A DNA stretch of 60,500 bases from Rhizaria sp. SCN 62-66. Lineage: Eukaryota. The notes under the pieces were generated by a model. The model was not told where the DNA came from. It was given only the letters and a program-made list of their open reading frames with translations, and searched no databases. The translations under genes were made by a program, and so were the position numbers. The stretch spans positions 62,001-122,500 of the forward strand of contig MEDY01000032.1 of NCBI GenBank assembly GCA_001724265.1, given 5' to 3'. Of this stretch, positions 22,803 through 33,488 are shown in pieces; positions within the stretch are counted from its first letter, which is position 1; every line of letters begins with the position of its first letter.

Positions 22803-24581
22803 TTACGCTCGCTTGCGCTGCTTGCCAATGTTTGTTACCGCGGCCATAGCGGCAACAGCAGCAAGAGCGACTCCGCCAACAATAGCCCAGTTCATGCTAA
22901 CACTGGCGGAGCCTGACGTCGCGGAGCCCATAACGGGGAGACAGATGCCACTGCATCTGTGTGAGAAGCAGTCATTGTCAGACGTACAAGTCTTGGAATC
23001 ATCACAAGAAGGGCAAGTCCCGCCGCCGCAGTCCTTGTCTGTCTCAGGAGTATCAAGAACTGTGTTAAAGCACTGATCAGTGATCAACTAAGACAGCCAA
23101 CAAATCCAGGTCCGAATTGATTACAAATTGACAAAGAGCGCGAGTTTAATAAGGTGTTGTTGTTCATGGTTTGTTCGCATGTGAACGCATTGTTTACACT
23201 TAACAACAAACATCGACGTAACGGCAAACATATATCTTCAGCATAGCCAATCATTAAACTTCTATGAATATGTTTTTTTAGCGTTGCTACGTACCAGGAA
23301 GGAGGGAATGCCGGCACTACCAGCCACGCCAAGCAAGGCATGAATAATGTTAGGAATGCTGAGTGTAAGAGTCGTGACTTTAGTAAGTGCAAGCGTGTAA
23401 AATAACAACTCAGGAAGAACACCCATTGTGACTTTTAGTGAGCCGCCCACAACCTCTTGTTTAATCATAAACACGTCGCTGTGATCCGTGACCAAAGGGC
23501 CCAGAGCGTCAATGTAAGCGTCCACGAAATCCATGCGCTCCTGCGCGTTCATCAGCGAGAGCACATTAATGGTGATAACCTGCGTGATGACGTTGACAGT
23601 AGAAGCACCAGTATCAGGAGGATTGATGTCCGCCACAAGCGCGGCACCGTCAAACGTCGTGAGCAAGTCCAGCCCGGTAGCCGGCGGCGCCGCAAACGTC
23701 ACCCGCACAGACTGCTCGGTCGCCGACTCGGAAGGCGACGTCACAGGCCCGCAGGCCAGCGAGGCGCTCGCGCCGGGCGCGGCGGAGCGCGAGGACGGGG
23801 CTGGCATGGTGACCGTGAGCACCGGCGCGCTGCCGGCGATGGTGGTGGCGACAAGCGCGGCCGCGAGGCTGTCCCCGCCGTCGACCGTGAGAGTGCACAC
23901 GGTGGCTGCCGACGCGGTCCAGCCGGCCGAGGGCAGGCGCAGCGTCACGGTGTCGTCCTTGGCGAGCGCGACGGGCGCCGTGGCGCGGAGCCGCAGCGAG
24001 ACGGTGGTGGCGGTGTTGAGGCGCAGGTCCGACTCGGCTTGCGAGAGCGCGACGGTGAGCTGGCTGCCGACGACGGACGCGGCGCTGAACAACGGGGACA
24101 CGCTGACGGCGCCCGACGAGATGACGGAGCTGTCGGGGGTCTTGAGCGACGCGGAGCCTTGCTCTGCGGTGGTTGCGTCGTTGCCCGTCGTGAGCCCCGT
24201 ACACAGTAACACGTGGTCACCGGTGTTGAGCGCGCTCGCGAGGGTGACTATGAGGCCCTCGCCGCCAGTCAGCGACACGTCGGGCAGCGCGGCGCCGTCG
24301 AGCGAGCAGGTCGGCGTAGGCGAGCCCGCGGCGACGACGCCCGTGGGCAGCATGAGCACGAGCGCGGCGCCTGCGTCGGCGGCCGCGGTGGATGAGAAAG
24401 GGAAGTAGAGCGAGGCGTCGGCGAACGCGGTCTGGGCAGGGTACAGAGTCGCGCCGGAGCTGGACGTGATGACGCCGGGCTCCTCGGCGCCGAGGTCGAG
24501 AGTTCTGACGCGGCGGACTGGCGCTGCTGTGGTAAGTGCGAGGGCGAAGCACCCCAGTGCGAGCAACGGACGCAATGCCAT
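22803..24581 (-). CDS. Type I membrane/surface protein A (~523 aa): signal peptide, two beta-rich Cys-paired repeats, ETDxDCGG Cys module, C-terminal TM helix
   Basis: Exon 1 24581-23295 and exon 2 23087-22803, joined by a phase-0 intron 23294-23088 (GTACGT...CTTAG). This links ORFs 23262..24581 and 22803..23087. Signal peptide MALRPLLALGCFALALTTA; QCFNTVLDTPETDKDCGGGTCPSCDDSKTCTSDNDCFSHRCSGIC; TM NWAIVGGVALAAVAAMAAV plus basic tail KQRKRA. Clear paralog of 25267..27606. Confidence 0.82.
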
Positions 24582-25266
24582 TGCTGTGGGGCGACAAGGG
24601 GGCCGCGAGTAAACAAGATATATTGAGTTTGTAAGCTGTATAATTGAAATAAATTGGTGTTTAAGTTACGTCTTACTTTGTCAAAAGTGTTATATAGCTT
24701 GTGTCGATAATGATTTGTGAAACAGTTCTCTTTTGATTACACGGCTTTCCTGCTTGATCTCGCCTGATCTGCCGTCGTGTTTGTTGCTGAACGACTGCGG
24801 GTCAACACAGTCACGCGTACCCACAGTCGACTGACAAAATTGTATATCTCCGACGTGTTTGCAACGTTGAATTAAATTTGATAACATCTTAACTTTTGTG
24901 TAGATGTATCTTGTTGCTCCACACTCGCTACAATTATTCTAGTTTAGTTGGTCACGTTCGATTTTGTTCAAGTTGTCAAAAGAGATCGAGAGCACGCCGT
25001 ACAACTTGAAGTATCAATCGTTAGCGTTAAGATTAATTAATGTAAATGTGAGAATAATGTATTTTATTTGTACATGTCCGTACAAATAATGAAAATACAA
25101 CCTTGACTCAGAACATTTCAAGATTCAGAGGTAGACAGGAATGTACACAAACATCACTAGTCGAAATGTGTGTACAACAAATAGCGCAATAAAAATGAAA
25201 ATAGAGCTATGGCTTTTCTCGCAAATTTACGCCAACTAACAAAGTGAGTGCTTGGATTGAAGCTGC

Positions 25267-27606
25267 TTAATCGTGCTTGTGACGCTGCTGCTTATGAGCG
25301 CCTGCAATCGCCGCTATCGCGGCAATAACAACGCCGCTAAGCCCTGCAACAAGCACCCAATTGCCGGACACAGCCGCAGCAGCCGAGGTTGCCCCGCCAC
25401 CACCGCCGCCGCCGCCTCCCGCGGGCGGTGTGTCAACCCCTGTGACCGTGAGGCAGAGCCCTGCGAGTCCGCAGCGGCGCGAGAGACAGTCGCGCTCGTG
25501 CATGCAGCGGAGGCCGTCGGCGCACGCGCGGCACACGCCGCCGCCGCAGTCAATGTCGGTCTCAAACTGACTGAGAGACTTGTCGAAGCACTGCGCTGGT
25601 GTATCCACGACATTGCCACTCATAAGTGTTCCCGCGAGCGAAGTGACTGTACCTGTGACGCCGCCAAGCAAGTTACCAACAAGATCTAAGACACCGGTAA
25701 CGAGTCCGTTAACGGCATTGAGAACGTTCTGAATATTAAATTCGGATAGCGGTCGGAGGCCCACAGTCACTTCAAGAAGCCCGTTGACAATGTCCTGACC
25801 GATGATAAAGATGTCACTCTGGTGGAGAATATTGTCGTTCAAGAGATGCTTGTACTGGTCAAGGAAGGTTAGCCGCCCCGCTGCATCCAGCAAAGTGGTT
25901 GCGTTAAGCGAGACAATTTGCTCGACAACCTGGACCACACCGTCGGCGGCAACGGCGGGCAAGTTGATGTCGCTGATTGGTGCTTCGCCGTCGAACATGG
26001 TCATGTACGCACCGCCTGCCGTGATAGGCGCAGCAAATGTCACGCGCACAGACTTGCTAATAGAGCTAGCCGCAGGGGAAACCACGGGGCTACACAGCAA
26101 ACGAGCGCTCGCGCCGGGGGCCTCGGACTGCGACGCACCGTATGGCATGGTGACTGTGAGCATGGGCGCGCTGCCAGCGATCGTGGCGGCAACTGTAGGT
26201 GCGAGGATTAAGTCTCCAGCGTCGACACTAAGAAAACACATAGTAGCCGCCGAAACCGTCCAACCTGATGTCGGCAAGCGCAACGTCACCGTATCGTTGC
26301 TGGCAAAAGAGACGGTGCCAGCAGCGCGAACGCGCAGGCTCAGCGTTGAGGGCGTGCTAAGATGCAACAGCCCGTCCTTGACCCTTTGTTCAACGCTCAT
26401 TGTAACATAACTCTCAAGCGTGGTTGGCGTGCTAAATATTGCGCTCACAGCAACAGTGCCAGTTGCGGTGATAGTGCCACTTAAAGATCTTTTGACAGTC
26501 ACAGTCGCCGAGCTTGCAGCGCGCGCGGTCTCGCTGGTGCGCACGCCAGTGCACTGCAGCGTATGCGTGCCCGCGGCCAGTGACGCTGCAAGGGTGACCG
26601 TGAGCGTGGCACTGCTGACCAGCTTGGAGCTGGTGACGGCGCCCCCGTTGACCTTGCATACGGGAGTCGGCGAGGTTGCCGCTAGCGTGCCTGTTGGCAT
26701 CGCAACAGTGATGACGGAGCCTGTAGTGACGGCAATAGGCGACGAAATTGCGAGTTGTAAAGTCGCTCCACTGTAGGCTGACTGCGCAGGAAACAGGCGC
26801 ACACCCAGTGGAGAGCTTAACGTGGCAGCGTCAGCGGGCGCAGCGGGCTGCTCTGTGCCGTCATCAGTGCCACCGCCAGTGCCGCCGTCGTCATCGTCGT
26901 CGTCGTCGTCATCGTCATCGTCGTCGTCATCGTTATTGCCTGGGCCAGGGTTGCTCTCCTCGTCAGGCGGCAACGTGCCGCCCTGCGCAACAGCAACAAC
27001 ATGTGCGTTGTTGTTGGGATACCCCATGTACTTGCGGTTGAGTGAGTCGTACACCGCAAACGTCGCGTCGCCAGTCTCGGTCGCAGCAGCGGCCACGGGC
27101 GGTGCGCGCGCGCCAGGGCACGAGATCACAAGGCTGCCCGCAGCTGCCGCGGAGTTGGGCGCGGGCACGCCGACGGGCACGGTGAGCAGCAGTGCGTTGT
27201 CGTTGTTGGCCGCGGGATCGAGCGTGCGGTGCTCGGTGGCAGCGGCGACAGGAGCGGCCATAACGCCGCTGTCGGGGAGGTGCACGGTGCAGCTCGTGAC
27301 GCCGGCGACGCTCCAGCCCGTCGGCGGAGTCAGCGCAATCTGGTCAGAGAACATTACAGCCGTGGCGAGCGAGGCGAAAGAGACTGTGAGCGTGACGGTT
27401 GCGTTGGTCTCGACGGGAGACGGCGAGGCAGTCACGAGCATGGGAGCCTCTGAGGGCTCGATGTCTTGCACGATCAGCGGAACGTTGTCGCTCTGCGTCC
27501 GCATCTGTCGGATTCTTTGGCGCATGCCGGGAGGGGTTAAAGCGGTGGCTGAAGCTACGCACATTGAAGCAACGAGCGCAAGGGACAGCAACAGGCGGAT
27601 GATCAT
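25267..27606 (-). CDS. Type I membrane/surface protein B (~779 aa), paralog of protein A, with an extra N-terminal repeat and poly-Asp linker
   Basis: Start MIIRLLLSLALVASMCVASATA (signal peptide) at 27606. Shares blocks with protein A (LFPAQSAY vs LYPAQTAF; DTVTLRLPTSGW vs DTVTLRLPSAGW; SVRVTFAAP). Cys module QCFDKSLSQFETDIDCGGGVCRACADGLRCMHERDCLSRRC, then TM NWVLVAGLSGVVIAAIAAIAGA and a basic tail. Stop TAA. Confidence 0.85.
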   Translation of the reverse strand: MIIRLLLSLALVASMCVASATALTPPGMRQRIRQMRTQSDNVPLIVQDIEPSEAPMLVTASPSPVETNATVTLTVSFASLATAVMFSDQIALTPPTGWSVAGVTSCTVHLPDSGVMAAPVAAATEHRTLDPAANNDNALLLTVPVGVPAPNSAAAAGSLVISCPGARAPPVAAAATETGDATFAVYDSLNRKYMGYPNNNAHVVAVAQGGTLPPDEESNPGPGNNDDDDDDDDDDDDDDDGGTGGGTDDGTEQPAAPADAATLSSPLGVRLFPAQSAYSGATLQLAISSPIAVTTGSVITVAMPTGTLAATSPTPVCKVNGGAVTSSKLVSSATLTVTLAASLAAGTHTLQCTGVRTSETARAASSATVTVKRSLSGTITATGTVAVSAIFSTPTTLESYVTMSVEQRVKDGLLHLSTPSTLSLRVRAAGTVSFASNDTVTLRLPTSGWTVSAATMCFLSVDAGDLILAPTVAATIAGSAPMLTVTMPYGASQSEAPGASARLLCSPVVSPAASSISKSVRVTFAAPITAGGAYMTMFDGEAPISDINLPAVAADGVVQVVEQIVSLNATTLLDAAGRLTFLDQYKHLLNDNILHQSDIFIIGQDIVNGLLEVTVGLRPLSEFNIQNVLNAVNGLVTGVLDLVGNLLGGVTGTVTSLAGTLMSGNVVDTPAQCFDKSLSQFETDIDCGGGVCRACADGLRCMHERDCLSRRCGLAGLCLTVTGVDTPPAGGGGGGGGGATSAAAAVSGNWVLVAGLSGVVIAAIAAIAGAHKQQRHKHD
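26885..26933 (-). repeat. GAC/GAT trinucleotide run encoding poly-Asp
   Basis: The + strand reads cgtcgtcatcgtcgtcgtcgtcgtcatcgtcatcg..., encoding about 16 consecutive Asp in surface protein B. Confidence 0.85.
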
Positions 27607-28951
27607 GTTGCTGTGTGCTGCTGCTGTGAAAAAAATGTCAGGAAAGTAAACCATCAAGAATTAGAAGATATGAGAATACAATTGTTTTTTGCGGTGTTTA
27701 AGTTGTTTTTGTCCTAATACAACAGTTATATTTGCTCACATAAGATAATTGACGAGAAATCGCTTCGATTAGCTTTGTACTCCCACCTCGGACCCGGCGC
27801 GGATTGTTGCTGCTACTTGTTGCACACATATTGCGCGAAGTCTGCAACAACAAATGACAGCCCGCGACTTGAAGAAAACATAAGTGATCATGTATAAAAA
27901 TAAATATGGCGTGTAATCGAACACTTTAGCAAAGAGTCGGCGTTGACAGGATTGGCTACGAACAAAAGCCCAGTAAAGCAACTCCGGCCTCAAGGTGCGA
28001 CAAAAGTGAGCCGTCAAGAGCTGTGATAACGTTATTGCAGGCCAGAGCGCAGGAACATATGCTTTTTTGTGCACGTAGCTCTAAAGTTGTGGATGAACCG
28101 GCTTATAATTCTGATGTTGGGATGACAGCGAGCGGCGGCCAGTTACGACCTCATTTCTTGTACAGCATGAGATCTGACTCTGACAGATTTCCCTGCAATG
28201 CCGCGGCGTTGCAGCGCAAAATCGTGTGCTTGGTCATAACAAGCCGTGTACGTGCTTTGCCGCACTTTGTCTATGTATGCGGGATTCACGTTCATTTGTC
28301 ACTATCTACACCGGAAATTGCTTTAAACAACCTGTACACCTTCCTGGGTGTGGCATTGCTTGCGGAGAAGATCCAAATCATGTTGGAACTAATGTTGAAG
28401 GCGTAACTGCAACGCATTCAGTCGGCACAGTGTTGATGTACCCCCACAGAGCGGTGCCAGACTCGACACAAACGATGCTACGGTTTATCGTCTTCGAACC
28501 ATGTCCGGTGAATGCGCTGGGCTGCACTGTGCCCGTCGGTCGCGTCACTTCGTGTGTGGAGGGTGGAGCGCCGGCGGATTACGACAGTGAAGACACACCT
28601 TTCGACGCGGTACAATTGCATCTATTCGCGACGTCGAAGTATGTCATGTGCGAGCATGGCGCAGCCAAAGATTACATCTATATTCAGTGCACACATTCTA
28701 AATCAAAGTGATGTGAACGTGTGGCGATTTGCGAGTCGTAAAGCTGTAAGTAACTTTCATGTAAAAAACATTGACAAAAAATGTGCGGGGTATCGTTTGG
28801 TGGGTATATCTATCAGTCACGTCAAGTTGTTCTTTGGACACAGATCGAACTTATTGATAAGGTTTCGTTTTTTATCGATGTCAACTTTTAGTAATAGTTC
28901 CGTTTTATTTTAAATACTGTTCATGTGATGTGTTAATCACTGTCTCGATGC

Positions 28952-30565
28952 TTAATCCTTCGTCACCTGGCGGCCGATAATGACGCGCATGACGTCGTTG
29001 GCACCCTCGAGGATCTGGTGCACGCGCAGATCACGCACGATCTTCTCCAGCGGGAAGTCGTTCAAGTAGCCGTAGCCGCCGTGGAGCTGCAGCGCGTCGT
29101 TGGCGATCTTGCTGCACATGTCCGTGGCAAAGCGCTTCGCCATCGCGCAGTGCATCGTCGCCTCGGGCGCCTTGGCATCGAGCAAGGAAGCGGCTCGGTG
29201 CACCATGAGGCGGGACGCGGTGAGCTCGGTCGCCATGTCGGCGAGCTTGAATTGCACGCCCTGAGAAACAGATGAAAAGAGGAAAAGTAGAAAGAAAAAA
29301 AGAAGTATAAGCAAGAAAAGAAGTATAAGATGTTGTGTTGTTTTAGTTTTGGATTCGTAAATGGCAAATGAAATCATGTTAATACAGCTGATTGTGGGGA
29401 TATCTCGAAGAAGAAAAAAACTCGCGTGCGTACCTGGAGAGTGTTCAGCGCAGCGCCGAACTGCTTGCGCTCAGCGGTATAGGCGCTGGCCGCGTTGAAC
29501 GCCGCCTGCGCGCCGCCGAGCGACATGGCGGCGATGTTGATGCGTCCGCTGTCGAGCCCCTTCATGGCGTAGGTGAAGCCCTGGCCCTCGACGCCGCCGA
29601 GGAGGTTGGCGGCGGGCACGACACAGTCCTCGAGGATGACGGCGCATGTCGGCTGGCTGTTCCAGCCCATCTTCTTCTCCTGCGCGCCGAACGAGAGGCC
29701 TGGGGTGCCCTTCTCGACGACAAAGGTGGAGATGCCCTTGGGGCCGGGGCCGCCGGTGCGCGCCATGACGACGTAGATGTCCGAAGTCGAGCCGCCAGAG
29801 ATGAAGGCCTTAGTGCCGTTGAGCACGTACGTGTCGCCAACCTTCTTGGCCGTCGTCTTGAGTGACGCGGCGTCGGAGCCCGCCGAGGGTTCGGTGAGGC
29901 AGTAGGACGCACAGTGCTCGAACGTGGCGAGCTTGGGGACGAACTTGGCGCGCTGCTCCGCGGTGCCGAAGGCGTCGATCATCCACGCGCACATGTTGTG
30001 GATCGTGATGTACGCCGCCGTCGACGGGCACGCCACGGCGAGTGCCTCAAAGATAACCGCGGCGTCAAGACGGCCGAGGCCCATGCCGCCGTGCTCTTCG
30101 CCGGTGTACACGGCCGCGAAGCCCATCTCGGCCGACTTGACCAGGGTCTCACGCGGGAACGTCTTGTTCCGGTCCCACTCGGCCGCGAAGGGGGCGATCT
30201 CGGTCGCGGCAAACTGTGCAGCGGCCTCCTGTAGTAGAGAAGAGTTGAAAGTGAATAATGGAAGCGAAATGACATTGAGTTCAGTTGAGATATCATAGGA
30301 AGACGGCGCTAAAGACTCGAAGAGGTAGTGACAATGACGACTGGTGTGAAGTGTGGCTAAGAGTGTAAAGGCTGTCAGACAAGCAACGCACCTGAAGAGC
30401 CTTCTGCTCATCGGTGAGGCCAATGCTGGGGTCGAACTTCATCGCACGACGAGGCGCGGAGGCGTGGAAGAGAGCGGAAGGCGCAGACGCGAGAAGTGAA
30501 GAGACAGCAGTGCGCGAAACAGCGGCCGGGCGCGACATACGCGAAGCGAGCTTGGAGGCAAGCAT
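28952..30565 (-). CDS. ACAD8: Mitochondrial isobutyryl-CoA dehydrogenase (acyl-CoA dehydrogenase, ACAD8-type), ~425 aa
   Basis: Exons 30565-30392, 30228-29434, 29260-28952, with phase-0 GT-AG introns. Mitochondrial presequence [81 protein letters not shown] (ACAD8-typical). Stop TAA. Confidence 0.93.
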
Positions 30566-31246
30566 CGGGATCTATATAGATGCAATGTCAAATTATATTA
30601 TCATGGTATAATATCTTGATGAGAGGCCGTATGTCAAGAGTGAAGTGTCTTTAAGTAGCATGCGCAAAGCAGGAAGGGGGCAGGCGAAATCGCCTTCCAC
30701 AAAAGTAGTTGATGCCGCTTACGAACAACAAATCAAAGGATTTAATTACAATCAACGGTAGACCAATACGCGTTTAGTCATGCACAGACAGTCGCAGTGA
30801 AAACGGACATTTATGAATTGCGTTATAGTTCACGCAATTTAGGGTCTAACAAGATCCCTTCTGAGTCTTGTTCCGGTCACCACAGCGCGAAGCCCAAAGT
30901 ACAAAGCAGCATGATACGAAGTATTAATGGATCCAATTTCGGTTCTGTATAAGAAAAACTGACTACAATGAACAAAGACAAGGAAATGCGCCGTACGGCG
31001 CGTTATCATCCATATGTTCAACATGCAATCAATTGTTCACTCACAACGTTCGTTGCTTGCTTGCTCACTCAACTCTCGAGACACAACGCGACAAGAAGAT
31101 TAAGCACAGCAGAAGCACAGCAAACCCTTCCTAACTTTAAAGATGACTCACATCTACATCTACAACAACATCAAACACCAACCAACCGGACCGTTGTCAA
31201 TGAGACAACGCTCATCAGAGGAAATCAAGTCAACAATCTGACTTAC

Positions 31247-32689
31247 TTAGGGAGTGGTGCGGAAGAAGGAGAAGAGGATGGACTGCGCGGCGATGAGCGC
31301 ATCGACGGGCTGGCCGACCTGGTTGATGATGAGGTCGTTGTGGTCGAGGTTGCCGAGGATGATAGCGCGGCCACCAGGGATGAGCTGGTCGGAGATGGTG
31401 GCGACACCGTCGTTGATCTCGCCCGCGGCCTGCTTGGCGACGGACGCGATGGCCTTGCCGAGGTCCGACGAGGGGGACTCGGAGTGGGTGGCCACAGCCA
31501 GCACGCGGAGCTGGTTGTAGTCGATGGGGTACTTGGCGATGAACTCCTGGCGCGACTTGTGGCTGAGGTCACCGGCGGACGCGGCGTTGAAGCCGGCCTT
31601 GACAAGCTCGATGACAGTGTCACCAGAGAGGTTCTTGGCGTCGTCGGCGAGGAAAGAGCCGCCCCAGACGCCGTTAATGGAGATGATGCCGTGGATCATG
31701 GAGGCCGCGTCGGGGTACAGGCCGATGAGGGCGTGGACGGGGATGGAGCCGATCGAGTGGGCAACGAGAATGACGGGCTGGGACTTGTAGCGCTTGTACA
31801 GCTCAGTGAGCTCGGAGTAGACGGACGCGGCGATCTCGAGGGTGGACTTGGACTCACTCTGCGCGGTCTGCACGATCTGCATGGGGTGCACGCCGAAGCC
31901 CTTGAGGGCGGTGACGAGGGGAGCGAAGTACTTGTCCTTGGGGGCGCCGAAGCCGGGAACGAGGAGGTACGAGTACTCGCGGATCTTGAGCGCCTCGGTG
32001 ACGTTGACGGGGGTGTAGCAGCCCGACTTGAACTTATCGTAGGCGCCGATGTAGACGTCGGTGATGTTCACGGGGGCAGGAGTGCCGGGCTGGCGGAGGG
32101 CCCAGCCGGAGAGCTTGGGGGCGGGCTTGGAGATGATGGTCTGCTTGTACGCAGCCTCCTTGGTGTACTTGCGGCGGCCGCCGATGCCACCGACGGGGAG
32201 GATGACCATGCCGGCGGTCAGGTCGGGGTAGGGGGCAGAGACGAAGGGGGCAGGAGCGGGGGCATCCTCAGCCTCGGCCTCGGCCTCAACCTCAGCCTCA
32301 GCCTCAGCCTCAGCCTCAGCCTCAGCCTCAGCCTCGGCGTCAACCTCAGCCTCAGCCTCGGCGTCAACCTCAGTCTCAGCCTCAGCATCGACCTCGGCCT
32401 CAGCGTCGAGCTCGACGAAGGCGTGCTCCTCAGAGTCGGCCTCAGTCTCGGCATCAGCCTCAGCCTCGAGCTCGAGCTCGGAGTCAGCCTCAGCCTCGGC
32501 GTCAGCGACGACCTCAGCATCGGCGTCGACCTCGGTCTCGAGCTCGGCGTCAGCCTCAAGCTCGAACTCGGCGTCGGCGTCGACCTCGATCAGCGAGACG
32601 TCGTTGGCCTCGACCTCATAGCCCTGCTGGGAAGCGAAGGCAACGGCGAGCACACCCAGAAGCACCAGCAGAAGAGTGGTGCAACGCAT
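31247..32689 (-). CDS. Secreted alpha/beta-hydrolase (lipase-like, 480 aa) with a long acidic Glu/Ala/Asp N-terminal segment
   Basis: Signal peptide MRCTTLLLVLLGVLAVAFA; ~115-aa EAEAE/DAEAE tract; LLVPGFG (oxyanion loop), VILVAHSIG (nucleophile elbow, AHSxG variant), NDGVA (Asp) and LDHNDL (His). Extreme C/G-ending codon bias. Stop TAA. Confidence 0.8.
   Translation of the reverse strand: MRCTTLLLVLLGVLAVAFASQQGYEVEANDVSLIEVDADAEFELEADAELETEVDADAEVVADAEAEADSELELEAEADAETEADSEEHAFVELDAEAEVDAEAETEVDAEAEAEVDAEAEAEAEAEAEAEAEVEAEAEAEDAPAPAPFVSAPYPDLTAGMVILPVGGIGGRRKYTKEAAYKQTIISKPAPKLSGWALRQPGTPAPVNITDVYIGAYDKFKSGCYTPVNVTEALKIREYSYLLVPGFGAPKDKYFAPLVTALKGFGVHPMQIVQTAQSESKSTLEIAASVYSELTELYKRYKSQPVILVAHSIGSIPVHALIGLYPDAASMIHGIISINGVWGGSFLADDAKNLSGDTVIELVKAGFNAASAGDLSHKSRQEFIAKYPIDYNQLRVLAVATHSESPSSDLGKAIASVAKQAAGEINDGVATISDQLIPGGRAIILGNLDHNDLIINQVGQPVDALIAAQSILFSFFRTTP
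32266..32500 (-). repeat. GCTGAG/GCCGAG hexamer tandem array encoding (EA)n
   Basis: The + strand shows ctcagc repeated perfectly about 7 times at ~32291-32335, with degenerate copies on both sides. Confidence 0.85.
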
Positions 32690-33488
32690 CTAAACGTCGG
32701 GCAGGACAAAATGAAAAAGATGAAGGTGGGGGAGGTGGGGCAGCGAAAGAGCAAGGCCCAAGTAGAAGACAGCAGGGTGAGACTACAATATGGAGTTGAA
32801 ATTGGGACGGGGGTGCCTACAATATATCGATGCGTAGTATGATGGGTCAAGAACAGGGCGCAGGGAGACCGCAGAGGGAAGAATAAAGTGGGGCCAAAGG
32901 GGGACATCGAGGTTGGGGGTCGAGCCCCCCCTTTCCGAGTGGGATACGAACAGTCACAGCAACGGTGGAAAGCCGGGACAATATGACAAGTAAGAAACAC
33001 GACGTAATAAACGACATATAGAAATCAAAACTCCGCATATGCGCGTTGTGGGGGGTAAAGCTTGGATTTCGACGTGGCAGGTGGGCTTGCCCTCTGAGGG
33101 CTTGAACGGAAGTTTGGCCGCGGAGAGGAGAGATGGTTGCTCACGGTCACTTGGGGCAGCTCGCGACTGACGACCAACCTCGAGGCGAGCGAGACCGACC
33201 GAGCGTTCGTCCCCAGCCAGATTCTCGTGCTGGCAGAGAAATGTCCTTTGCGATTGCTACCGAGTGTCAGTGCACACATCAAGAATATCACCGGCTAGAA
33301 TGTGGTGCCAAGATGCTGTGTATTTTGCCCATATCGGCGCTGACGATATTTGTGGCCCGCTAAAGAGCCTCGCGTCGGCCCTCCACGAGGACATCGTATC
33401 TCCCTCCCACTGACACACGCTCACCTCTCTCTCGCCCCTCTTTTGCTTCCTCGTGCGTTTTTGTCTGCCGTTGTAGTCTCGCTAAACC

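Noticed and set aside
32266-32500. CRISPR-like or telomeric array
   Set aside because: It is a coding hexamer repeat with no spacers, in a eukaryotic gene.
30968-32842. 624-aa plus-strand ORF with (LS)n repeats
   Set aside because: Antisense shadow of the lipase gene; LSLSLS is the reverse complement of the EAEAEA array.
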